A stretch of 45,230 nt of DNA, from contig JBEIPA010000036.1 in the NCBI GenBank assembly GCA_040377305.1, positions 1-45,230 on the forward strand, read 5' to 3'. A model generated the notes under the pieces. That model saw only the letters and a list, made by a program, of their open reading frames with translations. It searched no databases and was not told where the DNA came from. The stretch's first letter is position 1, and each line of letters opens with the position of its first letter. The translations under genes were made by a program, and so were the position numbers. Positions 18,194 to 26,993 of this stretch are shown piece after piece. Origin of the DNA: Flavobacteriales bacterium (GTDB lineage: Bacteria > Bacteroidota > Bacteroidia > Palsa-965).

Positions 18194-18414
18194 CTCGTGA
18201 ATGATGATCATATATTTTTCGAAAGCCGTGTGACTTCAATCCGCGGTTTTGGTCCGCCGCGGCGGAGAAGCTACAAACGACAACTACGATTTGTCAAGTT
18301 GTTTTTTTCTTTCGTGTTGATTTTCATTCTGAAATAAATGCTCAACGACTTCTACCCTTCCGATATTTTTGAATGAGCCTGTTTTGCAGAGCTTCGAACC
18401 TTCGAAGTGTTTGC
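18194..18414 (+). repeat. ~220-bp intergenic direct repeat, copy 2
   Basis: Aligns to 17572-17781. Carries an extra CCGCCGCGGCGG at 18254-18265. Confidence 0.85.
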
Positions 18415-18470
18415 GTTTGTGATCAGCACATCAATTTTCACTAACTTTCATCTGGCAAATAAATTCCGGC

Positions 18471-20126
18471 ATGAAACAACTTTTTACTCTTCTCGCATTT
18501 CTGTGTTCTCTTGTGACATTCGCACAACCACCTCTCGCGTGGGGAATTGCTGAGCAAGGTAACGGCAACGGATACGATGATGGTTCATCAGTGACCTTCG
18601 ACAACCAGGGAAATTTATACGTGACCGGATATTTCGCAAGCACTTCAATTACGTTCGGATCCATTACGCTGCAGAATTCAGGACAGAGTGATGCGTATGT
18701 CGTAAAGTACGATATGCTCCTCAATCCCATTTGGGCAGTCGCAATTGGTGGTAGCGCGGAAGATTACGGCTTGGGAATCACGTGCGACAGCAGCAACAAT
18801 ATCATCGTCGTTGGAAATTACACGAGTCCATCAGTTACACTCGGAAGTTTTACGTTGAATAACTCAGCGGCGAATACGCCCGACATGTTCATTGCGCGTT
18901 TAGATGAGAATGGGAATTTCATTTGGGCACGTAGCGAAGGTGGATCGAACTGGGACAATTGCGCGGCAGTTGATATGAATACTGCGAACGGAGATGTATA
19001 CGTTGCTGCTGCGTACTATATTGACACGATGATGATTGGTGGCGATACTTTGTACAATCGCGGTGGTTACGACATGGTGCTGATGAAATTCGATATCAAC
19101 GGAAATTATTTGTGGGCGAGAAATGCGGGAGGCAACTTCAATGATCTTGCGAATGGAGTTGCGTACGACAAGAACAACAATTGCGTGGTGATCTCCGGAG
19201 GATTTGCAAGTGACTCTCTGAAATTTCCTACTGACACATTGCTGAATCCTGCGATGGGATTGCCGGAAACGTTTGTGGTGAAATATGATGCAAACGGAAA
19301 TTGCATTTGGGCTGAACGTTCAGGTGCTGGTGATAATGATCATTCGGTTTCAGTTGACATTGGATCGAACGGCGACATTTATGTGGGTGGACATTATCAC
19401 AGTCCGTTCTTTGTATTCGCAAACGACACGCTCATGAATCAAGGTCAGGGCGATGTGTATTTGTTGGTGTATGATGCAAATGGAGTTCCCTTATGGGCAA
19501 AAACTGCCGGAGGATTGGAACAGGATTTCGGATACAACGTTTTCGTCGACGGTCTTGACAATATTTATTATGCAGGAATGTTCACGAGCACCACGATTGA
19601 TTTCGGAACGTATCAGCACAGCAATCCGAACATCAATGAAAATATGTTCATGACGGTTTACAATTCGGGCGGACAAGAAACCGGCTCAATTTCCGGTGGA
19701 GGATTAGGTACAGATTACATCTATAGTGTTGTGGCAAATCCACATGGAATTTATGTTGTTGGAGGATTTGGAACACCGAGCATGACGATGGGCAGCACGA
19801 CACTAACAAATACTGATGCGAGCGGAAATACATTTGACATGTTCATCGCGACAACTTCTATTCCGTTGTCAGATAACAACATGGTTAACGCGAATGAAAT
19901 CAAAGTTTCTCCGAATCCAGGGAATGGAATGTTCAATGTTGCATCTTCAGCACCAGGAGCAGTAGTGGTTACGGTTTACAATTCACTGGGTGCAGAAATT
20001 ATTTCCCGCACTGAAAACAACGCGAATAATTTCTCCATTGATCTTACGAACGAAGCTGCGGGAATTTATTTTGTTGTCATTCAATCGGAAGACCACACAC
20101 AACAAGTCAAGTTGATCAAAGAATAA
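18471..20126 (+). CDS. Beta-propeller (SBBP-like) repeat protein with type A T9SS C-terminal domain
   Basis: Signal peptide, repeated D..GN.YV.G.F / KYD.NGN..WA motifs, C-terminal VSPNPGNG...GIYFV...KLIKE. Confidence 0.88.
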   Translation: MKQLFTLLAFLCSLVTFAQPPLAWGIAEQGNGNGYDDGSSVTFDNQGNLYVTGYFASTSITFGSITLQNSGQSDAYVVKYDMLLNPIWAVAIGGSAEDYGLGITCDSSNNIIVVGNYTSPSVTLGSFTLNNSAANTPDMFIARLDENGNFIWARSEGGSNWDNCAAVDMNTANGDVYVAAAYYIDTMMIGGDTLYNRGGYDMVLMKFDINGNYLWARNAGGNFNDLANGVAYDKNNNCVVISGGFASDSLKFPTDTLLNPAMGLPETFVVKYDANGNCIWAERSGAGDNDHSVSVDIGSNGDIYVGGHYHSPFFVFANDTLMNQGQGDVYLLVYDANGVPLWAKTAGGLEQDFGYNVFVDGLDNIYYAGMFTSTTIDFGTYQHSNPNINENMFMTVYNSGGQETGSISGGGLGTDYIYSVVANPHGIYVVGGFGTPSMTMGSTTLTNTDASGNTFDMFIATTSIPLSDNNMVNANEIKVSPNPGNGMFNVASSAPGAVVVTVYNSLGAEIISRTENNANNFSIDLTNEAAGIYFVVIQSEDHTQQVKLIKE

Positions 20127-20370
20127 GCCATGTGAATCCGATAGGTCTGTTTTCTTCTATGGTAAATTAAGGAGCACAGAAAAACAGTTTGTTTCACAAA
20201 TGACACGGATAATCTAAATTCCGATAAACAAAGCTCTGCCTAACTCCTGAGAGTGAAGAAATGTTCGCGTTTTAGCCAGATTTCGAGGATGTATTTCCCA
20301 TATCTTACACAGAATAAAGCGTTGACCCTCAACTCATCAGTTCGATTTTTGGGAAATTTTCACGCTTTCC

Positions 20371-20395
20371 AATCCGCATCGGGGTACGCTGCGTA
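20371..20395 (+). promoter_or_regulatory. Putative ECF-sigma promoter AATCC-N16-CGTA
   Basis: 59 bp upstream of the first DUF4331 ATG. Same motif and spacing at 26493-26517 and 8115-8139. Confidence 0.45.
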
Positions 20396-20454
20396 GTTCT
20401 ATGTGATTAAATGGGCAACAGCTAACTGAAGGAAGTATTTATCCCAACAAACTC

Positions 20455-22203
20455 ATGAAAAAAACTACCAGCACACTTCTGAAAGTGTCTGTCGTTGCGG
20501 TTGCAGCCGTAGCGATCGGATTCTGGGATTCAGAGGGCACAAAGGTGGAAGCGTCGAGTCACAGGGAGGCACCGTTAATTGCTAACGATCCTCTTGCAGA
20601 CAACACGGACCTTTATGCTTTCCGCAGTCCTGATGACACCAACACGGTGACAATCATTGCGAATTATGTTCCGCTTCAGCTACCGCAAGGCGGACCAAAC
20701 TATGCTTCGTTCGGAGAAAACATCCGTTACGAAATTCACGTTGAGAACGACGGAACAGCAGGTGATGATATCACTTACCGTTTCACATTCTCGAAAGTAA
20801 ACCAGGATCCCACAACTTTCTTCAACATCCGACTCGGTCAGCAAAACCTGATGACGTCGTATATCTGTGAGAAAAGTGTGAATGCTGGTCCGTTCACAAC
20901 AATTGTTTCGAATGGTGTTGTTCCTCCTCCGAACATCGGACCGCGCTCAATCAGCGATCCTACAGTTGGTCTTGGAGCTGCAAACTACGATGCACTTATG
21001 TCGGCAGCAATTGCTCCTGCAACAGGTGGTGGCAACGAAACAGTTTACTGCGGACCATCTGATGATCCGTTCTTCGTTGATCTCGGCGGAATTTTTGATC
21101 TCGGTCAAACACGCGCTGGATTAGGCGCGAAAGATGGTGTATCGAACAAAAACGTACACAGCATCGCTATCAAAGTTCCGATTTCTACTTTGCAGAAAAA
21201 CGGACTGCCTGTAACCTCAGCTGTCAACATTCTCGACAGTGATTACATCATCGGCGTTTGGGCTTCTGCAAGTCGCCCTGCAACACGCACATTGAGCGCA
21301 ACCGGTGGAAATCCAAGCGACACAGGTGGATGGATACAAGTATCACGTATCGGTATGCCATTGACGAACGAAGCAGTAATTGCTATCGGCGACAAAGACG
21401 AGTGGAATTCACGCACGCCTTACGCGGAAGATCCTGCAATGGAAGAGTATTTCTGTAATCCTGAACTTGGACTTTACATGGATGCTTCTTTGTTCGGAAA
21501 CGCAGTACCGGCATTGGCTGCACTTCGTATTCAGCGTAACTCTTTGCAATCATTCGATTTCGGAAACGGCAATGATGGTCTCTGGCCAATCCGTGCTACG
21601 AACGGTGGAGCAGGAACGGCACTTGATACCATGTTGTTTGGTAATTACCTGCTTCGTCAGGGCAAACCACGTTCAGTAGATCTTCTTCCGATTTTCCACA
21701 CAGGAGTTCCAAACCTTGCACCATATCATCTGGCAACAGGGAAAAACGGAAATCCATTGGCGAACGGAAAACCATTCATCAACAACTTCCTTCCAACATT
21801 CGGAGATATGCTTCGTTTGAACATGGCTGTACCTGTTACACCACGTAACCACCCATTGTTCTCGTCTGAAGGACTTATCCAGGCATGCGTACTTGGTCTT
21901 ACTGATCCAACGTACAATTCATCTGCAGCTTTGCAGTGGATTCCTAACATGGATGGATTCCCGAATGGTCGTCGATTAGAAGATGATGTTACACGCATCG
22001 AGCTTCAGGCTGTATCTGGTGTTGCACTTGCAGCAATCGGACTGTGGTATGATGACTACACTTCAGGAAATCCTGTAACACAAGATCTTCTTGATGTACT
22101 CACGTACACAACGGGTGTTGAAGCGAACGATACTACGTTCCGCACAGGATTCCCTTATGTTCAAGCTCCATGGAGTGGTTACGCAAACCATAGTGGTCAG
22201 TAA
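20455..22203 (+). CDS. DUF4331 family protein (no T9SS CTD)
   Basis: ASSHREAP..DNTDLYAF, DDPFFVDL, RIGMPLTNE and GFPNGRRLEDDV motifs. Signal peptide. Confidence 0.88.
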   Translation: MKKTTSTLLKVSVVAVAAVAIGFWDSEGTKVEASSHREAPLIANDPLADNTDLYAFRSPDDTNTVTIIANYVPLQLPQGGPNYASFGENIRYEIHVENDGTAGDDITYRFTFSKVNQDPTTFFNIRLGQQNLMTSYICEKSVNAGPFTTIVSNGVVPPPNIGPRSISDPTVGLGAANYDALMSAAIAPATGGGNETVYCGPSDDPFFVDLGGIFDLGQTRAGLGAKDGVSNKNVHSIAIKVPISTLQKNGLPVTSAVNILDSDYIIGVWASASRPATRTLSATGGNPSDTGGWIQVSRIGMPLTNEAVIAIGDKDEWNSRTPYAEDPAMEEYFCNPELGLYMDASLFGNAVPALAALRIQRNSLQSFDFGNGNDGLWPIRATNGGAGTALDTMLFGNYLLRQGKPRSVDLLPIFHTGVPNLAPYHLATGKNGNPLANGKPFINNFLPTFGDMLRLNMAVPVTPRNHPLFSSEGLIQACVLGLTDPTYNSSAALQWIPNMDGFPNGRRLEDDVTRIELQAVSGVALAAIGLWYDDYTSGNPVTQDLLDVLTYTTGVEANDTTFRTGFPYVQAPWSGYANHSGQ

Positions 22204-22211
22204 CGTTTAAT

Positions 22212-22258
22212 ATGTCGGGTCAGGGACCGCGACATCACGCGGGTCAGAGACCACGACA
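22212..22258. repeat. Two degenerate copies of a short palindromic unit (GGGTCAG.GACC.CGACA)
   Basis: ATGTCGGGTCAGGGACCGCGACAT hairpin followed by GCGGGTCAGAGACCACGACA, between the paralogues. Confidence 0.5.
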
Positions 22259-22275
22259 CAAAAAAAGAACCTAAA

Positions 22276-24348
22276 ATGAAAAAGATAACAACACGTTCAC
22301 TTCTCAGTCTGGGTGCCATTGCAGCAACTGCATTTGCATTCAGCACGTGGGATGCTGACCAGACTCCTGTTGAGGCGTCGAGTCACAGGGAAGCGCCGTT
22401 GATTGCCAACGATCCGTTGAGCGACAACACCGACCTGTATGCATTCCGCAGTCCCGATGATACAAACACGGTGACAATCATTGCAAACTACATTCCGCTT
22501 CAGCTTCCGCAAGGAGGACCGAACTACGCTTCATTCGGAGAAAACATCCGTTATGAAATTCACGTAGAGAACGACGGAACTGCAGGAGACGATCTTACCT
22601 ATCGTTTCACATTCACTAAAGCGAATCAGGATCCAACAACATTCTTCAACATTCGTCTCGGGCAGGAAAACCTGAAGACATCTTACACGTGTGAGAAGAG
22701 TGTGAATGGTGGTCCGTTCGCAACTGTCGTATTAAATGGAATTGTTCCTCCTCCAAACATCGGACCTCGCTCTATCAGCGATCCTACTGTTGGTCTTGGT
22801 GCAGCAAACTATGATGCGTTGATGACAGCTGCAATTGTTCCTGCAACAGGTGGCGGTGGAGAAACGGTTTACTGCGGACCTGCAGATGATCCGTTCTTCG
22901 TTGACCTTGGCGGTATTTTCGATCTCGGTCAGACACGCGCAGGCGGAACAGGTGTTAACGCACCTGAAGATGGAGTTGCATGTAAAAATGTGCACACCAT
23001 CGCTCTGAAAATTCCAATTGCAACATTGCAGAAAAACGGACAACCCGTAACGAACGCAGTAAACATTCTGGACAGCGATTACATCATCGGTGTTTGGGCT
23101 TCTGCAAGCCGTCAACAGGTTCGTACGCTTAACGGAAACGGAACTGAAACATACAGCGGAAACTGGATTCAGGTTTCCCGTGTAGGAATGCCGTTGACTA
23201 ACGAAGCAGTAATTCCTATCGGTGCTAAAGACGAATGGAATTCACTTACGCCATACACCGAAAATCCTGCAATGGAAGATTACTACTGTAATCCGGAACT
23301 TGGTCTTTACATGGATGCTTCTTTGTTCGGAAACGCAGTACCTGCACTTTCTGCACTTCGCATTCAGCGTAACTCATTGCAGTCTTTCGATTTCGGTAAC
23401 ACACACGATGGTCTCTGGCCTATCCGCGCTACAAATGGTGGTGCAGGAACAGCGCTTGATACTAACTTGTTTGGTAACTATCTGCTTCGTCAGGGCAAGC
23501 CACGTTCAGTAGATCTTCTTCCGATTTTCCACACCGGAGTTCCAAACCTTGCACCATATCATTTGGCTACAGGTAAAAACGGAAACCCATTGGCGAACGG
23601 AAAACCATTCATCAACAACTTCCTTCCAACATTCGGAGACATGCTTCGTTTGAACATGGCGGTACCAGTTACTCCACGTAACCACCCATTGTTCTCTTCA
23701 GAAGGATTAATCCAGGCGGCGGTACTTGGTCTTACAGATCCAGCATACAATGCTAGCGCAAACCTTCAGTGGATTCCGAATATGGATGGCTTCCCGAACG
23801 GACGTCGTTTAGAGGATGATGTAACACGTATCGAGCTTCAGGCTGTATCAGGTGTAGTACTTGCTGCAATCGGATTGTGGTATGATGATTACACTTCAGG
23901 AAATCCTGTAACACAAGATCTTCTTGACGTACTCACGTACACCACAGGAATCGAAGCGAACGACACTACACTGAAAACTGCGTTCCCTTATGTTCAGGCT
24001 CCTTGGGAAGGATTTGGTCGCTGCGGCGGATCTGATATCATCACTTCTACTCCATCTTATGGAATGGGCGTTGGTGCTCCATCAATGATCATGATGCAGA
24101 ACTATCCGAACCCGGCTAACACTTCCACTACATTCAAGTACAACATTGCTGCAGCGTCACGTGTGTCGCTCGACATCTACAATGTATCAGGACAAAAAGT
24201 TGCGACGTTGATGAACAACGAAACAAAATATCCTGGCGTGTATGAGCTTGTTTGGAATTGTGAAGCGATGGCAACCGGATCTTATGTTGCTGTAATGAGC
24301 TCCGATGGAGTTGCGATGCAGAGCATGAAAGTTTCTGTGTCACACTAA
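22276..24348 (+). CDS. DUF4331 family protein with type A T9SS C-terminal domain
   Basis: Same DUF4331 motifs, plus C-terminal QNYPNPAN...IYNVSGQKV...GSY. Confidence 0.88.
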   Translation: MKKITTRSLLSLGAIAATAFAFSTWDADQTPVEASSHREAPLIANDPLSDNTDLYAFRSPDDTNTVTIIANYIPLQLPQGGPNYASFGENIRYEIHVENDGTAGDDLTYRFTFTKANQDPTTFFNIRLGQENLKTSYTCEKSVNGGPFATVVLNGIVPPPNIGPRSISDPTVGLGAANYDALMTAAIVPATGGGGETVYCGPADDPFFVDLGGIFDLGQTRAGGTGVNAPEDGVACKNVHTIALKIPIATLQKNGQPVTNAVNILDSDYIIGVWASASRQQVRTLNGNGTETYSGNWIQVSRVGMPLTNEAVIPIGAKDEWNSLTPYTENPAMEDYYCNPELGLYMDASLFGNAVPALSALRIQRNSLQSFDFGNTHDGLWPIRATNGGAGTALDTNLFGNYLLRQGKPRSVDLLPIFHTGVPNLAPYHLATGKNGNPLANGKPFINNFLPTFGDMLRLNMAVPVTPRNHPLFSSEGLIQAAVLGLTDPAYNASANLQWIPNMDGFPNGRRLEDDVTRIELQAVSGVVLAAIGLWYDDYTSGNPVTQDLLDVLTYTTGIEANDTTLKTAFPYVQAPWEGFGRCGGSDIITSTPSYGMGVGAPSMIMMQNYPNPANTSTTFKYNIAAASRVSLDIYNVSGQKVATLMNNETKYPGVYELVWNCEAMATGSYVAVMSSDGVAMQSMKVSVSH

Positions 24349-24357
24349 CATTATTGC

Positions 24358-24394
24358 AAGAACGATGCTGCAGAAAAAGCAGCATCGTTCTTTT
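24358..24394 (+). terminator. Intrinsic terminator-like hairpin
   Basis: 14-bp perfect stem AAGAACGATGCTGC/GCAGCATCGTTCTT with a short T tract, 9 bp after the stop codon. Confidence 0.75.
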
Positions 24395-24445
24395 ACTACT
24401 CCACTCGCGTACAGGTATGATTAGCCGATATGCAAATATGCCGAT

Positions 24446-25804
24446 GTGCCAATCAAAAAATTCATGAACAAACGCAAAGTCATTTACGGAACATTCATTG
24501 CAATAGTCGCAGGACTTTTTGTGATGATACTTGCATTCGCAAAAGACCCGCAAGAGGAAGTGGCGAGTCAACCTGCAGAACATCGCGGCACGTATGCGAT
24601 GTCGGCGCAATGGCTGAACACATCAGCAGCAATTGAAGGATTGAAAGCGAGTCTGGCGGAAAATCCGGAAGATGTGAAAGCTATGGTGCAATTGTCACAA
24701 GCCTACATTCAGGAAGGACGTAACACCGGAGATCACGCGTATTACGATAAAGCAACACTTGAGCTTACGAGCAAAATTCTTGCATTAGAGCCAAACAATT
24801 TTGAAGCATTATGCTGCGAAGGAACTGTGCTTCTTTCTCAACATCATTTTTCAGAAGCGCTCATGAGTGCACAGAAAGCACATGAGGTAAATCCATCCAG
24901 TGCGTTTGTTTACGGCATGATGGTAGATGCCTATGTCGAACTAGGCAACTACGAAAAAGCTGTGGAGACTTGCGATCAGATGATTGCAATGCGCCCTGAT
25001 TTGAGTTCGTACGCACGCGTTTCTTACCTGCGTGAAATCTACGGAGACATTCCCGGTTCCATTTCAGCAATGAAAATGGCCGTAGGTGCAGGATACGGTG
25101 GACTCGAACAAACCGAATGGTGTCGCGTTCAACTCGGAAAACTGTACGAGCAGATCGGCGCAACGGATAGTGCAAAGTATTGCTACGAACTGGCACTTTA
25201 CAACAGAACCGATTACGCTTTCGCTTTGGCCGGAATGGCGCGTATTGAAAAAGCCATTGGAAATTATCCCGGCGCAATTGCATACCTCAATAAAGCCAAT
25301 GAACAGATTACCGAATATTCGTTCTATGAAGACCTGAGCGATGTGTATCGTCTAAGCGGAAACACAGCACTTGCCGATTCTTCTCTTCAGACGGCAATCG
25401 CCATGTTGGGTCCGGGCGCGATAAGCGATGAGAAAGTAGTTGGTCACGGCCATTATGCCGACCGCGAACTGGCATTGGTGTACGCGAAAACAGGAAACTA
25501 CACGAAAGCCATTGAGCACGCGATCAACGAATACAAACGTCGCCCGGAAAACATCGACATCCAGGAAACACTCGCATGGGTTTACTACAAAGCAGGTTAC
25601 CATTCTCTGGCAGAATACCACATGCGAAAAGCCATGCGCACCGGAAAGAAAAATCCGGAAACACTTATGCATGCCGGACTGATCAAAATCAAAATCGGTC
25701 AGCAATGGATGGGACGCAAACTCATTGCCGATGCACAAGTGATGAAAGCATTTATGGATTCAGATCTTCAATCGGAAGCTTCTGTTTATCTTTCCATGAA
25801 ATAA
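24446..25804 (+). CDS. Tetratricopeptide repeat protein, N-terminally anchored or exported (start may be ATG 24464)
   Basis: N-terminal hydrophobic helix, TPR-like helical repeats (ELGNYEKAV, RPDLSSYARVSYLRE). Confidence 0.85.
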   Translation: MPIKKFMNKRKVIYGTFIAIVAGLFVMILAFAKDPQEEVASQPAEHRGTYAMSAQWLNTSAAIEGLKASLAENPEDVKAMVQLSQAYIQEGRNTGDHAYYDKATLELTSKILALEPNNFEALCCEGTVLLSQHHFSEALMSAQKAHEVNPSSAFVYGMMVDAYVELGNYEKAVETCDQMIAMRPDLSSYARVSYLREIYGDIPGSISAMKMAVGAGYGGLEQTEWCRVQLGKLYEQIGATDSAKYCYELALYNRTDYAFALAGMARIEKAIGNYPGAIAYLNKANEQITEYSFYEDLSDVYRLSGNTALADSSLQTAIAMLGPGAISDEKVVGHGHYADRELALVYAKTGNYTKAIEHAINEYKRRPENIDIQETLAWVYYKAGYHSLAEYHMRKAMRTGKKNPETLMHAGLIKIKIGQQWMGRKLIADAQVMKAFMDSDLQSEASVYLSMK

Positions 25805-25810
25805 ATTTCC

Positions 25811-26488
25811 GTGTTACTCAATAAAAGTTCAGATCTCGCTCGTCGCGTAGTTTTTACAACTGCACTTCTTTCCATCGCGGGTTTAACTTTTGCACATACC
25901 GGTGACGAACTCGCAGGACTTCCCCGCTCCACCATCGCTTCACTGTATCTCGAACTTGGATTCAAGCACATCATTCCGCTTGGACTCGACCATATTCTGT
26001 TCGTCGTTTGTCTTTACCTGCTTAATCCAAATCTCAAATCGGTAATCTGGCAGGCAACTGCATTTACCGTTGCGCATTCCATCACGCTTGGCTTAGCTAT
26101 GTACGGTTTAATTTCCCCGCCGTCTTCCCTGGTCGAACCGATGATCGCACTTTCCATTTTCTACGTGGCTGTTGAAAATATTTTAACCGAAAAGCTAAAA
26201 CCAACGCGTCTCATTGTGGTGTTCATTTTTGGTTTGCTCCACGGAATGGGCTTCGCTAGTGTGCTAACCGAATTGGGTTTACCTCCGAACGAATATGTTA
26301 CCGGACTGATCTGCTTCAATGTGGGCGTAGAGCTCGGACAAATTGCTGTAATCCTGGCATGTTGGGCAGCATTCGGGGCGTGGTTTGGTAAAAAATCGTG
26401 GTACAAAAAGCGAATTGTTATTCCGGTGTCGGTTTTAATCGGAATTGTGGCCTTGTACTGGACTATTGAGCGTACTTTTTTCGGTTAG
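25811..26488 (+). CDS. HupE/UreJ family membrane protein
   Basis: GLDHILF, AFTVAHSITL, FGLLHGMGFA, FNVGVELGQ. Multiple TM helices. Confidence 0.88.
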   Translation: MLLNKSSDLARRVVFTTALLSIAGLTFAHTGDELAGLPRSTIASLYLELGFKHIIPLGLDHILFVVCLYLLNPNLKSVIWQATAFTVAHSITLGLAMYGLISPPSSLVEPMIALSIFYVAVENILTEKLKPTRLIVVFIFGLLHGMGFASVLTELGLPPNEYVTGLICFNVGVELGQIAVILACWAAFGAWFGKKSWYKKRIVIPVSVLIGIVALYWTIERTFFG

Positions 26489-26536
26489 ACAAAATCCGGA
26501 CGTCTCTTTTCATCGTATTTCTATTAAGATTTACCC

Positions 26537-26902
26537 ATGAAAAGACAGGTTGCGACCCTACTTCTTGTTTGCTACGCCGCCCTTCTGCTGCGGCCCCTGC
26601 TCCCTGTTCTTCAGGACGTGATGGCGCATACGTTCTGGAAAAACGAACACATCGCCACCGTCCATTATGAAAACGGCAAATACCACGTACACGTTGAACT
26701 TTCCGATGCCGAAGAAAAATCTTCGAACTGCTCAAAATCATTGATAAAACAAATTGAACCTCTTAACTTGCACCTCACAACCGAAAAAGGGTTTTTTGGG
26801 TTAGCGCTTAATCTCTCTGTAAGGTTGTTTGATAGTGCCCGTTGCAATTCCCCCCGCGACGGGCATTTTTTTGTACCTGATCCCCCACCCTGGGTTTGCT
26901 GA
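26537..26902 (+). CDS. Small His-rich protein ending in PDPPP, a DUF2946-like candidate leader of the TonB receptor
   Basis: Signal-like N-terminus, H..W..EH...VH......HVH, C-terminal VPDPPPWVC. Confidence 0.65.
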   Translation: MKRQVATLLLVCYAALLLRPLLPVLQDVMAHTFWKNEHIATVHYENGKYHVHVELSDAEEKSSNCSKSLIKQIEPLNLHLTTEKGFFGLALNLSVRLFDSARCNSPRDGHFFVPDPPPWVC

Positions 26903-26993
26903 ATAGTTCCCTTTTTCCTTCTTCAACATTCTGACCGATTGTCAGACTGATCGTTGCTGAAGGACAACACGTGAAATTTTATTCAGCCATTCC

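Noticed and set aside
18014-18211. Minus-strand 65-aa ORF downstream of an antisense promoter-like motif
   Set aside because: It overlaps the immunity gene, only its first codons are shared with the other repeat copy, and no family is recognisable.
20455-24348. Diversity-generating retroelement template/variable repeat pair
   Set aside because: No reverse transcriptase is present, and the differences are mostly synonymous rather than adenine-specific.
24423-24453. Degenerate 8-bp tandem repeat (TGCCGATA-like) before the TPR gene
   Set aside because: Only about four imperfect units, too short to assign a function.
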